DNA of 64,000 nucleotides from Paraspadella gotoi (lineage: Eukaryota; Animalia; Chaetognatha). The position numbers and the translations under genes are program-made. Where the stretch lies: assembly GCA_051294375.1 (NCBI GenBank), contig CM119271.1, positions 9,269,455 through 9,333,454 of the forward strand. The letters are read 5' to 3'. Shown here piece by piece: positions 13,211 through 26,541 of this stretch. The notes under the pieces were generated by a model. It was not told where the DNA came from, made no database searches, and saw nothing but the letters and a program-made list of their open reading frames with translations. The first letter of the stretch is position 1, and every line of letters begins with the position of its first letter.

Positions 13211-14827
13211 ATAGTCGAAAAAAACGAAATGAAATCGGGCGAGAGAAAGCGAGAGGCGGACAGGTGAGTGATTGCGAGAGAGGGAGACAGAGAGGAGAGA
13301 TAGATAGGAAGATAGAGGGGTGGAGAGAGGTAGAGAGAGGGATAGAGAGGTAGAGCGAAGAATAGAAAACATAAGGCAATGATGGAGAAAAGGAAAAAAG
13401 GAAAGCAAAGGCGAGGGATAAAAGTTGAGGATACTTAAAAAAAGATAGATTTATAGGTTTTAAAAAATTGCAGTTAGAAAATTTTTTTAAAAGTTGAAAT
13501 TTCGGAAAAAAATAGAGAATAAAATATTATTAAATAGATAAAATGCAAAAAAATTTATAAAAAGATATATTTTAAAACTATTTAAAAGAAATTTTAAAAT
13601 TTTTATAGATTTAACATTTATTTAAAATGTATTCAACTTCATATATAATCTTTTAAAAATTTAGTTTAATACATAGTAAAACGAGTAATTTTGCAATTTT
13701 CATAGAAAGGAAAGCCAGAGAAATAGAAAAGAAAACTGCATTTAACGTAAAGATAAGTTGCCAAGTGAAGCTAATCCGAAAGGTAAGGTCGAGTGAAGGC
13801 GTCTGTAAGGCGGAGATGAGCAAAGGTGAAACGAGATGATGCGATGCGACGTGAGATCGGAAGGTCACGGGTTCGCGACCGCCCCTCGCCCCCCCCACGA
13901 TGGAGCGGAGGAAGGCAGATTATGGAGGGTGAAGGGGTGAGTGATGGGTGAGTGAGGTGAGTCGTGATAAGATTTCCAGGGTGAGGAAGTTAATGACGGT
14001 TGGAGATTTTTTTGACAAGGGGGTGAGGGAAAAAGCTCGAAGGTAAGGATCGTGAAGTGAAAGTTGATTCCGTGAGTGGAAGGCCGCGATTTAAAATGGG
14101 TAAGGTTGGTAAGGTACCCGATTGAATAAAAGGTAAGTTGTAGGGAGAGTTTGGATCAAACAAGAAACGGTTTTGTTGAATTGATTAAAGAGAATTCGCA
14201 GAGTCAGGGCTTCTGCTCGAGCGAGTTGACAATGAAGACGAATGACGCTACGTGGAAATGACGTGGCGCGGACGAGTTCTGACGCAGAGTGGCGCAGTGT
14301 GGCAGTCTTGGCAATCTAAATGATTCGCGTTCGAGCTTTTATGAAAATTTTAAGATTACTTATTAATAATAATATTATTATTATTAATTAATAGTAATAA
14401 TATTAGTACTTTTATTAACCGGCTTTATTTTACGAGAATATTTGTGTTCCAAATTTGTGTATCAAATTTTTTGGACAAATAAACATTACAAATTTTACTC
14501 AACACACGGGGCACAACAGTTTTGTATTCAGAAAGAAATTAGAGTCTAGGGAGTTTTGTCGCTGGAGAGAATAGTGAAGCCGTTGGATTTATCGAATTGA
14601 CTCGAAAATACCCCGACAGATGGGCCGAAGGTAAGGAGTGGGAGAGTGGAGAATGAGAGCGATGGGTAAGGGTGTTGATGGGTGGGCGTGGCTCTGTGCG
14701 AAACGCTACGACGGAAATTAATCGGGACTAAGAAAACCGGAAGTTGGAAATTCGGCGAAGAGGAAAATTATTTGACGCGAAGGATGACGGGGTGGAAGAG
14801 GAGGAGGGAGGGAGGGAGGGAGGGAGG

Positions 14828-14914
<87 letters not shown>

Positions 14915-15554
14915 GCGAGATGGAAATAAGAAAGAAATAACGAGATTCGAGTTTTCCGTCGGAATGGAATCGAAATTGAGTTAAAGGAGTTCGGATGACG
15001 TCGAATATGGGGAACAGATAATTTATATTTTTTTAAATTAAAAAAAAAAGTAGAAAATCCTTTTTGTAATCATTTCCGTGCGGTAAACAACTGTGTCTAG
15101 GATAGACACTTAATCGAACGAGTTGCTTAGAAGGCCGGAACAGGTTGAAAACTAGAAGTTCTCTCAAATAAATAATGGTTAAGTGACTGTTAGAGAATAT
15201 GAAAATAAAAAAAAATTTAAAATTTATCTTATTGATATCTTATTTTGAAGTTTTCTCCACGAGAAGAGGTCCAATTAAAACGAAACTTAGGATGTACAAC
15301 ATTGACGTCATTCCACATCTTCCAATCTGAGAATATACAAAAACTATCATTGGCTTCTTCTTTGATAGGAGAGGAGAGGGGAATTAGAGGAAGCGAGGGT
15401 ATGGCGAGAGAGAGAGAGATGAGAGAAGAAGTGAGAAGCCAAAGGGCGAAGGGAAACAATTGGTAATCGCGTTGACTATAGACAAGAAAGCAGAAAGGAG
15501 AGAGAGAGAGAGAGAAGGAGAGAGAGAGAGAGAGTGAGAGGAGAGAGAGAGAGC

Positions 15555-15597
<43 letters not shown>

Positions 15598-15705
15598 TAG
15601 AGATTGTTGCTCGAGTATCGGGCAATAAAGGAGGCACCTCGTGCATCTCGCGCTCAAGCCGAGGAGTAGAACAACATTCGAAGCCGAAGGGAGAGAAGAG
15701 AGAGA

Positions 15706-15766
<61 letters not shown>

Positions 15767-18643
15767 AGTATATAAATAAGAAACAGTCAGAAAAAAATAA
15801 ATTCAAATAAAAGAACCAAAAAAAATTGTGACTGCGAAAATATAACAGAAAACAAAATTAAGAGGAGGAAACGAAAACAAAACCCCCCCCCCAAAAAAAA
15901 AAATAATCGCGCGGCGGTAAAAGACAATAAAAAAAAAACAGAAAAAGAGAGCTCACGAGTCTGTCTGTCTATGTGTTCTGCTCTGTCCTTACCGACATCT
16001 TTGTCTTGGTTTCTTTTGTTTTTGTTATTTTTCTTTTTGTTTTACCGACATTGTCTGTTTTGTTTGTATGTATGTCTCGGTTGTCAGTATCATACTTTCC
16101 CTCTGTTCACGTAGTAGTGTCGATTAAAATTCAACAAGAAATAAATTCCGCATTACTTTAATCAGGATAACCCGGTGATTCTCGTCTCTTCCTCTCTCTC
16201 TCTCTTCTCTCTCACGTCTCTCTGTCTCTCTATCATCTTTCGGTCTCTCTCTATCGTCATCGCCCAGTCATCACTCCCCCAATACTAAGTTTACATTTTT
16301 TTTTTAATTCTCTCACGATTCCTTTTTTTTTTCCGCATGTGGATTCGCCTCGAGTGTCGCGAATGCACAAGCAGAGAGGAGAGAAAAGAAAAGACAAAAA
16401 GGAAGGAAAAGAGGGGAGAAGGGGAGAAGGAGAGAGAGAGGAGAGAGAGATGAGAGAGAGAAGAGAGGAGAGAAGAAGGAAGACGGCTGAAGGAGAGGAG
16501 AGGAAGCGAAAAGCGAGGAGGAGAGATGAGAGTAAAAAAAGGCCTATAGCATCGGGCGGGTGCCGTCCGCAGGTGCCGTCGGTCGGTTGCCACCTGGTTC
16601 GAGTGTTTGACAAGAGACGAGCGAATCGAATTTTTTTTCTTCTGTTTCTAAAAATAGAATCGACGCAACTTCTTCGCTTCGATTTCTGTTGACGCCAGCG
16701 ACGTAGACTAGTGACGGTTAAGACGCGGGGTGACTGAATATTTTAAGCTTCGACATGAGGAAAAAAACAAAACAATTTCTATGGCTGCGTTTCTTTTGCT
16801 TCGCGTGAAGATTGCACATTGCATGAGCAAAGAGCGAATGCAAATTCACTATCTTTTTTACTGATACTGTAGCGGGTATTGCCCCCAATTCCCCATGTGC
16901 ATGTTCAACGGAGTTTGTTTGTTTGTTCACGGTTAATATTTTACTTTTTTTATTATGTGCGTATGATAATTATGTTTAAAAGAAATAGGCTTCTTTTTTC
17001 TTAATTTTTTTTTGTTTGCTCAGATGATAATCTCGTTGGTTTGTTGTTGTCTTCATCGTCGTCGTCGTCGTCGTCGTAGCGAGACCAACGGCCCTCTCTT
17101 CCGTCGCCCCTCGAAAAAAAGAATCTATTTCGGGGTCAAGATACGCCGGCACACCTCGACAATCCATTGGGACCCCGAAAGATTGCGGGGACCTTCTCGA
17201 TGACCCTCGCCAAAAAAAATCTTGTTTGGTTGCAGGTCGGTGGACACGGTTAGGGGGGGGTTTGAAGTGGGCGGTGTCGGCGGCGGCGGCGGCGGCGGCG
17301 TGGGCGGCGGCCCAATCGAGGCGGTCAAGGGGAGAGGGGCAGAGTTCGGCGGAGTCAACGATGTCGTCCTAACGAGATAACGGAGGACGATGGACGGCGG
17401 CTGCGGCGGTTGCGGCGGCTGCGGCGGTGAAATTAGTGAGCGAGGTGCAAGCCTGTGATCTCCTTTGACTTCCAAACGTTTGGTGGTCGTCGTCGTCGTC
17501 GTCTCTCTCTTTCGCTCTCTCTCTCTCCTCTTTCTCTCTCTCTCTCTTTCCTCTCTCTCTCTCCTCTCTTCCTCCCACTCATCCCGTTTGACCTTTGAAC
17601 CCAAAGGTTAACGTTACTCCATTCACGACGCCTTTGACCTTCTTTGATTAGGTTTTAAACCCACCTTCCCTTAAGACCGGGGCCAGTGGGGCAACCCATT
17701 AACCCTGTTCTGTGCGTAAAGGATCCCCCCCACCTGCGCTGGTTTCGTTGGCGCGACACGTAATGAGGGGAGAGAGAGGAAGAGCAAGAGAAGACTGACG
17801 TGGAGGGAGAACGAGAGGAGGAGAGAGATGGTAGAGAGAGAGAGAGAGGAGAGACGAGAGAGAAGCAAAGGAGATGAAGATAAAGGACAAAAGAGCAGAA
17901 GATGTACAGATATGATATAAGAATTAGTAGATAATAGATAGATGATGAAGATAGTAGTAAGAAGATAGATAGTAGTAGATAAGATAGATAGATAGATAGA
18001 GATATAAAGATAGAATAGATTATAGATGAGCATTAGATTAGATATAAAAANNNNNNNNNNNNNNNNNNNNNNNNNTTCGTTCGTCGCTGTTAACTCCTGG
18101 GTTCCACAAATTCCGATTCAGCGTTTTCGGTAAAACATTGTTTTTTGTTCAAAATGCTCTCTCTCCTTCCTCTCTTCTCTCTTCTTCTCTCTCTCTCTCT
18201 CATCTCTCTCTCTCCCCCTCTCCCTACTCTCTCTCTCTCTCTCTGCTCTCTCACTCATCTTTACTCCCTAATCTATTTCATTCCTTGGTGAATAAACATT
18301 TATATTCTAACCACGCTCTTCCTCGAATCTCCATTTCTTTTTGGTTTCCGTGATCAAAAAAAAAAGAAAAAAAAAGATTAAGCAGATAAATATCCACGAC
18401 GGCGCTCCCGCTCTTTATCTTCCGTTCTTCTTTCCATTATTTCTCCTGCTTCTCCTCCTCTCGTAATTTTTTTCCTCAATCCACGGTCTCTCTCTCTCTG
18501 TTCTCCCTCTCTCTACTTCGAAAATACTTCGTCTCTCTCTCTCTCTCTTGTCTCTGTCATCTGGATCGACCTTCCGTTGACTTTCGTCGCTTACCTGCTT
18601 TTCCCTTTTTTATCCCTCATTTCGTTCTGCGACGTTCATTATA

Positions 18644-18724
<81 letters not shown>

Positions 18725-18725
18725 G

Positions 18726-18756
<31 letters not shown>

Positions 18757-19599
18757 TTCTTCCTCTCTCTTCCTCTCTCTTCTCTCTTCCTCCCCTCTTC
18801 ATCCCGTTTGACCCTTTGATACCCAAAGGTTAACGTTACTCCATTCACGACGCCTTTGACCTCTTTGATAGGTTTTAACCCACCTTTCCCTTAAGACCGG
18901 GGCGCAGTGGGGCAACCCATTAACCCTGTTCGTGGTAAAGGATCCCCCCCCACCTGCGCTGGTTTCGTTGGCGCGCCGAATGGGAGGGAAGAGAATGAGG
19001 AGGAGAGGGAGACTGAGTGGGAGGAGTAGAGAGAGGAGAGAGAGGAGAAGAGAGAGAGAGGAGAGAGAGAGAGAAGCACAAGGAGATGAAGCATAAAGAC
19101 AAAGAGAAGAGACAGATAGATGAATTAGAGATTATGATGATATAAGATTAGATAGAAGATAGATAGAAATAGATAGATAGATAGAAATAGATAAGATAGA
19201 TTAGATAGATAGATAGATAAAAAGATAGATAGATTAGATAGATATAGATAGATAGTAGATAGATAGATAGATAAATTAGATAATACGATAATGAAAAAAA
19301 ACTATGAGAAGGATAGTAAACGAATTCAGCCAACTTTTATTAAAATGCAGGTTTGAATACGCGAAGAACCTTTCTTTTCATAAGCCACCATTTTTAGCTT
19401 TTTTTTCTCTTGTACATACTTTGAAACTAATAGAATCATTCAAAACTATGCTAGTGTTAATAATTTTAACAAGCGCAAGGATGTGTACGCATCCATTATT
19501 TAAACAAAAGGCACTTGAAAGGATATAAAAAGAAAAAAGTTTTTAAACGTTCTTTTTTTTTCTCTTTTCGTTTGTTTATTAGAAAAAATAGTGAGAAGA

Positions 19600-20249
19600 G
19601 AGACAAGCGCCCGCAGCTAGGTGACATTGAGAAGGGGGGGGCGGGGCGGAGGAGGGGTGTGGGGTGAAAGTTGGAAAGTAGGATTCAAGGGTGCGGTATG
19701 GGGTGAAAGGGGAAGGTGGGTTGTATCAGATGATTGAGAATAGTGGTCCGCGTCTTTTGCTTGCTTCTCGTGATGGCGATGACGTGAATGAGGGTGCGGG
19801 CGCCTTTGGCTTGCTAACGCAAGAGCCAGGGGTCGCCAACAATGAAAATAAAATAGAGAAATGATAGAAAACAGAAGGGTGTAAGCCAAATGTTTTGCGC
19901 CACGCAGTGACTTTATTTTCACGATATTGTAGTTCCTTTGATCACATTGAATGACATGATCATGACATGAATAAAAATTTTTTGCCCGTGTTATTATGAC
20001 AATGCACTTTGCATAAAAATTCTGACTTTATTCTTTATAGTTTTTAGGAATTCCTGAATTTCGGCGCTAGCCAGGTCCCTTTAGATTGCGGTTTTTTTTT
20101 CTGTCTTAACAAACGAGCAACCAACATAAGCATAATTATATATTTAACGTAAGTTGAGACAGACTGACAGAACGGACCTACTGACGACAGACCACCGCAA
20201 AGTGTCTTATAGAGTTACTTCCGCGATATCGCGGCCTGCAACTTAAAAG
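19600..20249 (-). mobile_element. DINE-1/HINE-like (Helentron-associated) non-autonomous element, family A
   Basis: Reverse complement matches 62345-62900: terminal GC palindrome followed by CTCTATAAG, a (GTCG/GTCT)n tract, a core GGGACTGCTAGCGCC...TTCAGGAA, and a (CATGT)n tract. This is an indel-noisy copy. Confidence 0.6.
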
Positions 20250-23127
20250 TGCAAAAGTCTGTGCACAAGAAGATGTAAAAAATAAGTAATAAGTTAGAAA
20301 TTAATAAAAAAAAAAAATAAAAATTTTGAGCTATAAAATCAGAGTCAGAATTAATTTTTTGAAGGATGAGGGAGGAGAGAGAAACTGCGAAAGAAGAGTT
20401 GAAAAACAGGGGAGTATACAGAGGTTGTCACTTGTTAACAGGGGTTACATACTTTGTTAGCAGGGTTACAACTTGTAGCAGGGTTACCAACTTGTAACAG
20501 GGATTGCGGGAACGTAGGAAAAAAAAATTCCTTTATGCCAAAATTGATTTCATTCGTGGACGTCAGATGTCTGTCTGGGAAGTCGCACGCGCTCTTGGTA
20601 TTCGGGTGGTCGTAAAATGTCAGATTTCGGGTTCCCTTGATATTTAAGTCCTTTTCAAGTTTTACCACGAATCAATTGAAAAAGAAAAACGGTTTGAAGT
20701 GACGAAGTTTCAACTTTTTTTCTTTAAAACAATTTTTTCAAATAAATAATTCGGCTGAGTGCTGTTTGTTATTTCGTTAAACCATCTGATTACCAATTTA
20801 CAAAATTTTTAAAACTAGGATTAAAAATTAAGATATAAAAACATGGTAAACTAATAAATATTTAATTTCGCACTACTATTTTGCAATGAGATTTTCAGCC
20901 ACGGCGTAAGGGCCCGCGAGCAAAGGTGCGAGCAGAGCGGCGTGTGAAGGGCGCGTGCAGGCGCGTGCAGGGCAAGAGCTGCGGCCGAAAAGTGCGCTGA
21001 AAATAGCGCGCGCTTCCTAGTCTCAGTAGGTGAACCAGCGACGTTGTGCTAAAGGAGCCGGTTTTTGTTCTTTTGCCGAACCGGCGTTACTTTCCACCTT
21101 AGCGCCATTTTCCTCTCCCTACTCTCTTTCTCTCCTCTCTCTCTCGTCTCTCTTCTCTCTCTCTCTTCTCTTCTCCTCTCCTCTCTCCTTCCTCGTGCTC
21201 TCTCTCTCTACTCTCTCTCTTCTCTCCAGAAAACCCAATGCACTTTTCTCGGGCCGAGATGTTCCCACTCCTTTTCACAAAAAAAAAAAAATAGAAAAAA
21301 TCCCTCTGCTGTTACTGGTCCTGCTAGTAGTATGTTGTTGTTGTTATTTTTCTTTTCTTAATTCTCTTTTTACCGCACAAAACCGGCGTTCTTTTTTCGT
21401 CCCATTTAAACCGGCCGCCCTCGCGTCGTTCGCTAAAGGGGCGCGGAGCTTTCTTTGTTTTACGGTGTCGCGAGCGGAGAAAGAGAAGAGAGAGAGACCG
21501 AGAAGAGATTACAGAAGAAGAGAGGAGACGACGTGAGAGAGAAGATGAGAGAGAGAGAGAGAAGAGAGGATCTCCTACGCGGGTCGCGCTCTTTTAGTGA
21601 GTCGGGCGCGCCGGTGCCCCCGCCAGCGCCCTCTCTTGCCATTTTAAAGGGCGCCTTGACTTTTTTTCTTTTCGCCGGACGTCTTTTGTTTTATTCTTTT
21701 CTTTTTAAGTGATTTTCTTTTTTTTTTCTTTTTTCTTTTTCTTTTTTCTTTTTTTTCCTAAAAGAACAAAAAGCTTTTTCTATCTGAGTGGACTTTTTAG
21801 TTTTTGAAAGAGCAACGGGATGTCTCGTGAGGGAATGAATGAGGAAACCGCTCTGTCGAATTCTATGGTAACTTATGGCTCAAGTATAATGTTTATTGTT
21901 TAATATTTTTAAAAAGCTTCAAGTCGAGACTTAAACTTGTATTTTAGGGCTTAAGTTAAAGAATTTTGATGGTTACGGATACAGACCTTAACATAATTTT
22001 TATTTAACGGCAATTTTTCAAGTGTGGTAACTTCTTTATAATTTATTTTTCCTTATTAACTTTTATTTTTTAATTTTTAAAAACGCTTTTACTTCAAAAT
22101 TGTTAGAAGAACTAATTATTACGTAATACATAAGCCAATTTTTAAGATTTGAAAGATTCATAAAAATTTTTTCCTTGACTTTCGCAATGAAAAGGGAAAA
22201 GGCAAAAAGGAGCGGCCAGTTTTTTTTTTCAAACAGGTTTTCAGTTTCTTCCGTTTCAAGAAAACTGTTTTATTCGAAACATTCATTGCGCGTGACTTTT
22301 CAATAATAAATTCTTTGAAAATTCAAATAAAATTTTGTTTTGATTTATCCCAATAGAAATTTTACATCGAATTATCTCTTAGAACTGACCAAGATAGCAG
22401 ACTCACATAGGCTATGCATTAGTAATTTAAGGTCCGTAGGATAATTATACTCATTATATTATTATTAATAGTTGAAAAAGTTTACTTTATTTATATGTAA
22501 ATGGTATAGAACAAAGATTTTGCGAGAGTTACTCATTAACATGTATTAGTAGTTTTATAATACCTACATCTTCTCATCTAATAATTAATTATCATCTCCT
22601 CATTTACAAGGTCCAAATTTGACGATATATAACATTTTATCATCATAGATCATCTTCTAATCCTTCAGATTTAAAATGTCCTTTCTATTACACAAAACGT
22701 ACAGTTACACTCTCAAGAGACTCAATAACCGTCCTTCCTTATCAAACTCTTCATCTATCTCATTTGGAGAACAACTTCAAAGTCATATATAGCTGTATCT
22801 CTCTTAGATAGATAGATAGATAGATAGATAAATAGATACATAGAAAAAAACTAGAGAGAGATAGTAAACGAATCAGCAACTTTTATTAAAATGCAGGTTT
22901 GATACGCGAGAACCTTTCTTTCATAAGCACTCGATTTTAGCTTTTTTCTCTTGTACATACTTGATAACTAATAGAATCATTCAAAACTTGTAGTGTTAAT
23001 AATTTTACAAGCGCAAGATGTGTACGCATCCATTTAAACAAAAGGCACTTGAAAGGAATAAAAAGAAAAAAGTTAAACGTCTTTTTTTTCTCTTTCGTTG
23101 TTTATAAGAAAAAAAGTGAGAAGAGAA

Positions 23128-23758
23128 GACAAGCGCCCGCAGGCTAGGTGGACATTGAGAAGGTGGGGGGGCGGGGCCGGAGTGAAGGGGCTGTGGGGTT
23201 GAAAGTTGGAAAGTAGCGATTCAAGGGGTGGGTATGGGGTTGGAAAGGGGAAGGTGGTTGTATCGAGATGAGAATAGGGTCGCGTCTTTGCTTGCTCTCG
23301 TGATTGGCGATGACGTGAATGAGGGGCGGGCCTTTGGCTTTGCTTGCAAGAGCAGGGTCGCCAACAATGAAAATAAAAGAGAAATGATAGAAAACAAGAA
23401 GGGTAATTCCAATGTTTTGCGCCGCAGTGACTTTATTTTCACGTGTAGTTCCTTTTGATCACATGATATGACATGACATGACATGAATAAAAATTTTTTT
23501 GCCCGTGTATTTATGACATGCACTGCATAAAAATTCTGACTTTTATTCTTTATAGTTTTAGGAATTCCTGAATTCGGCGCTAGCAGTCCCTTAGATTTGC
23601 GGTTTTTTTTCTGTCTTAACAAACGAGCAACCAACTATAAGCAAATTATATATTTAACGTAAGTGAGACAGACTGACAGACGGACCTACTGACCGACAGA
23701 CCGACCGAAAAGTGTCTTATAGAGTTACTCCGCGAGTACTCGCGGCGCAACTTAAAAG
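23128..23758 (-). mobile_element. DINE-1/HINE-like element, family A (same locus as 19600-20249, repeated by local duplication)
   Basis: Perfect 16-bp palindrome CCGCGAGTACTCGCGG near its end, (GACC/GACA)n tract, and the shared core. Confidence 0.65.
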
Positions 23759-23914
23759 TGGAAAAGTGTGACAAGAAGATGTAAAAATAAGTAAGTAAAG
23801 TTAGAAATTAATAAAAAAAAAAAAATTTGAGCTATAAATCAGAGTCAGAATTTTTTGAAGGATGAGGAGGAAGAGAAACTGCGAAGAAGAGTTGAAACAG
23901 GGAGAGTTACAGGG

Positions 23915-23990
23915 TTGTCACTTGTAACAGGGTTACAACTTGTAGCAGGGTTACAACTTGTAGCAGGGTTACAACTTGTAACAGGGTTGC
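23915..23990. repeat. 18-bp tandem repeat ACTTGTAGCAGGGTTACA x4 (noisy twin at about 20430-20505)
   Basis: Units directly visible. Confidence 0.85.
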
Positions 23991-26476
23991 GGGAATCGTA
24001 AGGAAAAAAACTTCCTTTGCAAATGATTTCATCGTGGACGTCAGAGTGTCTGTCTGGAGTCGCACGCGGCTCTTGGTTCGGGTGGTCGTAAAATTCAGAT
24101 TTCGGGTTTCCCTTGATTTAAGTCGTTTCAAGTTTTACACGATCAATTGAAAAGAAAACGTTGAAGTGAAGTTTCACTTTTTTTCTTTAAAACAATGTTT
24201 TCAATAAATAATTCGGCTGAGGCGTTTGTTATTTCCGTAACCATCTGATTACCAATTACAAATTAAAACTAGGATTAAAAATTAGAATAAAAACATGTAA
24301 ACTAATAAATATTTAATTTCGCACTACTATTTGCAAATGAGATTTTTCAGCCACGCGTAAGGGCGCGAGCAAGGTGCGAGCAGAGCGCGTGAAGGGCGCG
24401 TGCAGGGCGCGTGCAGGGCAAGAGCTGGGCGAAAAGTGCGCTGAAAATAGCGCCGCTTCCTTAGTCTCAGGTGAACCAGGCGACGTTGTAAAGGAGCCGG
24501 TTTTGTCTTTTGCCGAACCGGCGTTACTTCCACTCTAGCGCCATTTTCGCCACCCTCTCTCTCTCTNNNNNNNNNNNNNNNNNNNNNNNNNTAATTCATG
24601 TGTGATTATAATTAAATATCTTTTAATTATTTTGCCACCAGAAAGAATCATTGAAGTTTCGTTTGGGCTCGAGGCAATTATCGCCCATGAAGCCAACAAT
24701 TGAATCATTTAAATGTATTTTTTCTTCTTAATTTAATTAATATTCAGATAAAGTTCCCAACGAAAATCATTTAACAGAATATTTCACATGTTGTCATCTA
24801 TATATCTACAATAATCGTCCTTTCTTTTTTTTCTGATGTGGATTCATAAGATCTATAAATTCGAAAAACGCAAACTTTAATAAAAAATGTTTCTTGTCGA
24901 ATATTGGAAGGGGACTTCACCAGAAACGTTGATATCCTATCACAAAAAAAAAAAAAAAATATTAAAAAACATATTGTTAAATATAACTCGTTATTCACTT
25001 GATAAATACTTTTGCAACTTTTTAGTACCACCATCTCTCTCTCGCCATTTATACTCTTTTAACTACAAAAGGAAATATACATTCGGATAAATGGATTTCT
25101 GTCCGGTGCTTGTCGCTCCGCCTAGTAGAGTGAGGTATATTCACGCAGGGTATCTGCAGCTTTAGCATCGATGCGCCTCCCCTCTATTTGGGGACCGTTA
25201 CATCTTGATTCGTCAAAATATTCGATGACGATGGCAAATAGGCTCCTTAACATGAAACTGATTCACTGCCATCCGATGACTATCCTGTGCAATTTTTTTT
25301 CTTTCTCTTGGTTTTCCTTTCATATTTTTTTATAGTATTTTTTTTATGTAAATTGTCCGTAAATGCTGATTTTAACGGGAACGAAGCGCTTATCATTTTT
25401 TCTAACAGTCCGCACTCAGTCTCACCTACATTCAATGTAGTTTACGTTTAATTGCCAGTTAAAATATTTAAATTTGCGACCCTCCCCCACGTAATCAAAA
25501 GCTCTCAACAATGTTCGCTTCAAACTGTTTTTCACCAATTTGGGCAGCGTTCTGTCGGGTCTCGATTTTACGCCACCACTTTCCGACAGCACTTCGCGAA
25601 TGCCGTCCCGACAAAAGAGCACGGGTGTCTTCCGTTTTAGGTTGGCCTAATCGTCGAATCCCATAACTGGGTTGTGACAGAAAGATAATGTGCGCTCTCG
25701 GTCTTTCTGCGACAGCGCCGTTCATGCTCACAGAAACCGTGAGAACGCGTACCTGATTTGGGCCGCGATCTCGAGAGCTTACCGTTCAGGATATAGCTCA
25801 AAAAATAGCAATTGTTGAGTTAGTTGTTGTAATAAATAAATAGATTGTACGCGTCTTCTGAGCCTATAAAAACACTATACATAAGGCGTAGTAAAATTCC
25901 TAAATTTAACTTTAATTAAAATTCTAAAAGGAGGAATTGGAACTTAAACACTATACTAATAGAACATTTTATGTAATAAAATTTAGATAAATTTTACAAT
26001 TTTACCGCAGTGGGTGAACGCATAATATTTTATACTAGTACTAACCAATAAATGTTAAAATTTCAAAACAGTTTTTTTTTAAGATTTTTTTTGCGATTTG
26101 GATTCGTCATAAAAAGTTTATAAAAAGAATATAACTCTTTTTGAAAAAATTCCTTCAATAAGTGGGTCAAAATTGAAAAACTAAATTTTAAGTGAAAATT
26201 AAACTTTTTATATATTAAATATAGTTTTTTAAATTTTTAAACAAAAAGAAGCTCCGCGCCCTTTAGCGAACGACGCGAGGGCGGCCGGTTTAAATGGGCG
26301 AAAAAAAGAACGCCGGTTTTGTGCGGTAAAAAAGAAGAATTAAAGAATAAGAAAAAGAATAACAACAGACAACATACTACAGCAGGACCATAACAGCAGA
26401 GGATTTTTTCTATTTTTTTTTTTTTGTGAAAAGGAGTGGAACATCATCGGCCCGAGAAAAAGTGCATTGGGTTTTC

Positions 26477-26541
<65 letters not shown>

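Larger units (their letters stand above)
19260..24566 (+). repeat. ~1.8-kb direct near-duplicate (about 19260-21130 vs 22810-24566), probably an assembly artefact
   Basis: Collinear sequence differing mainly by scattered 1-bp indels. Confidence 0.85.
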
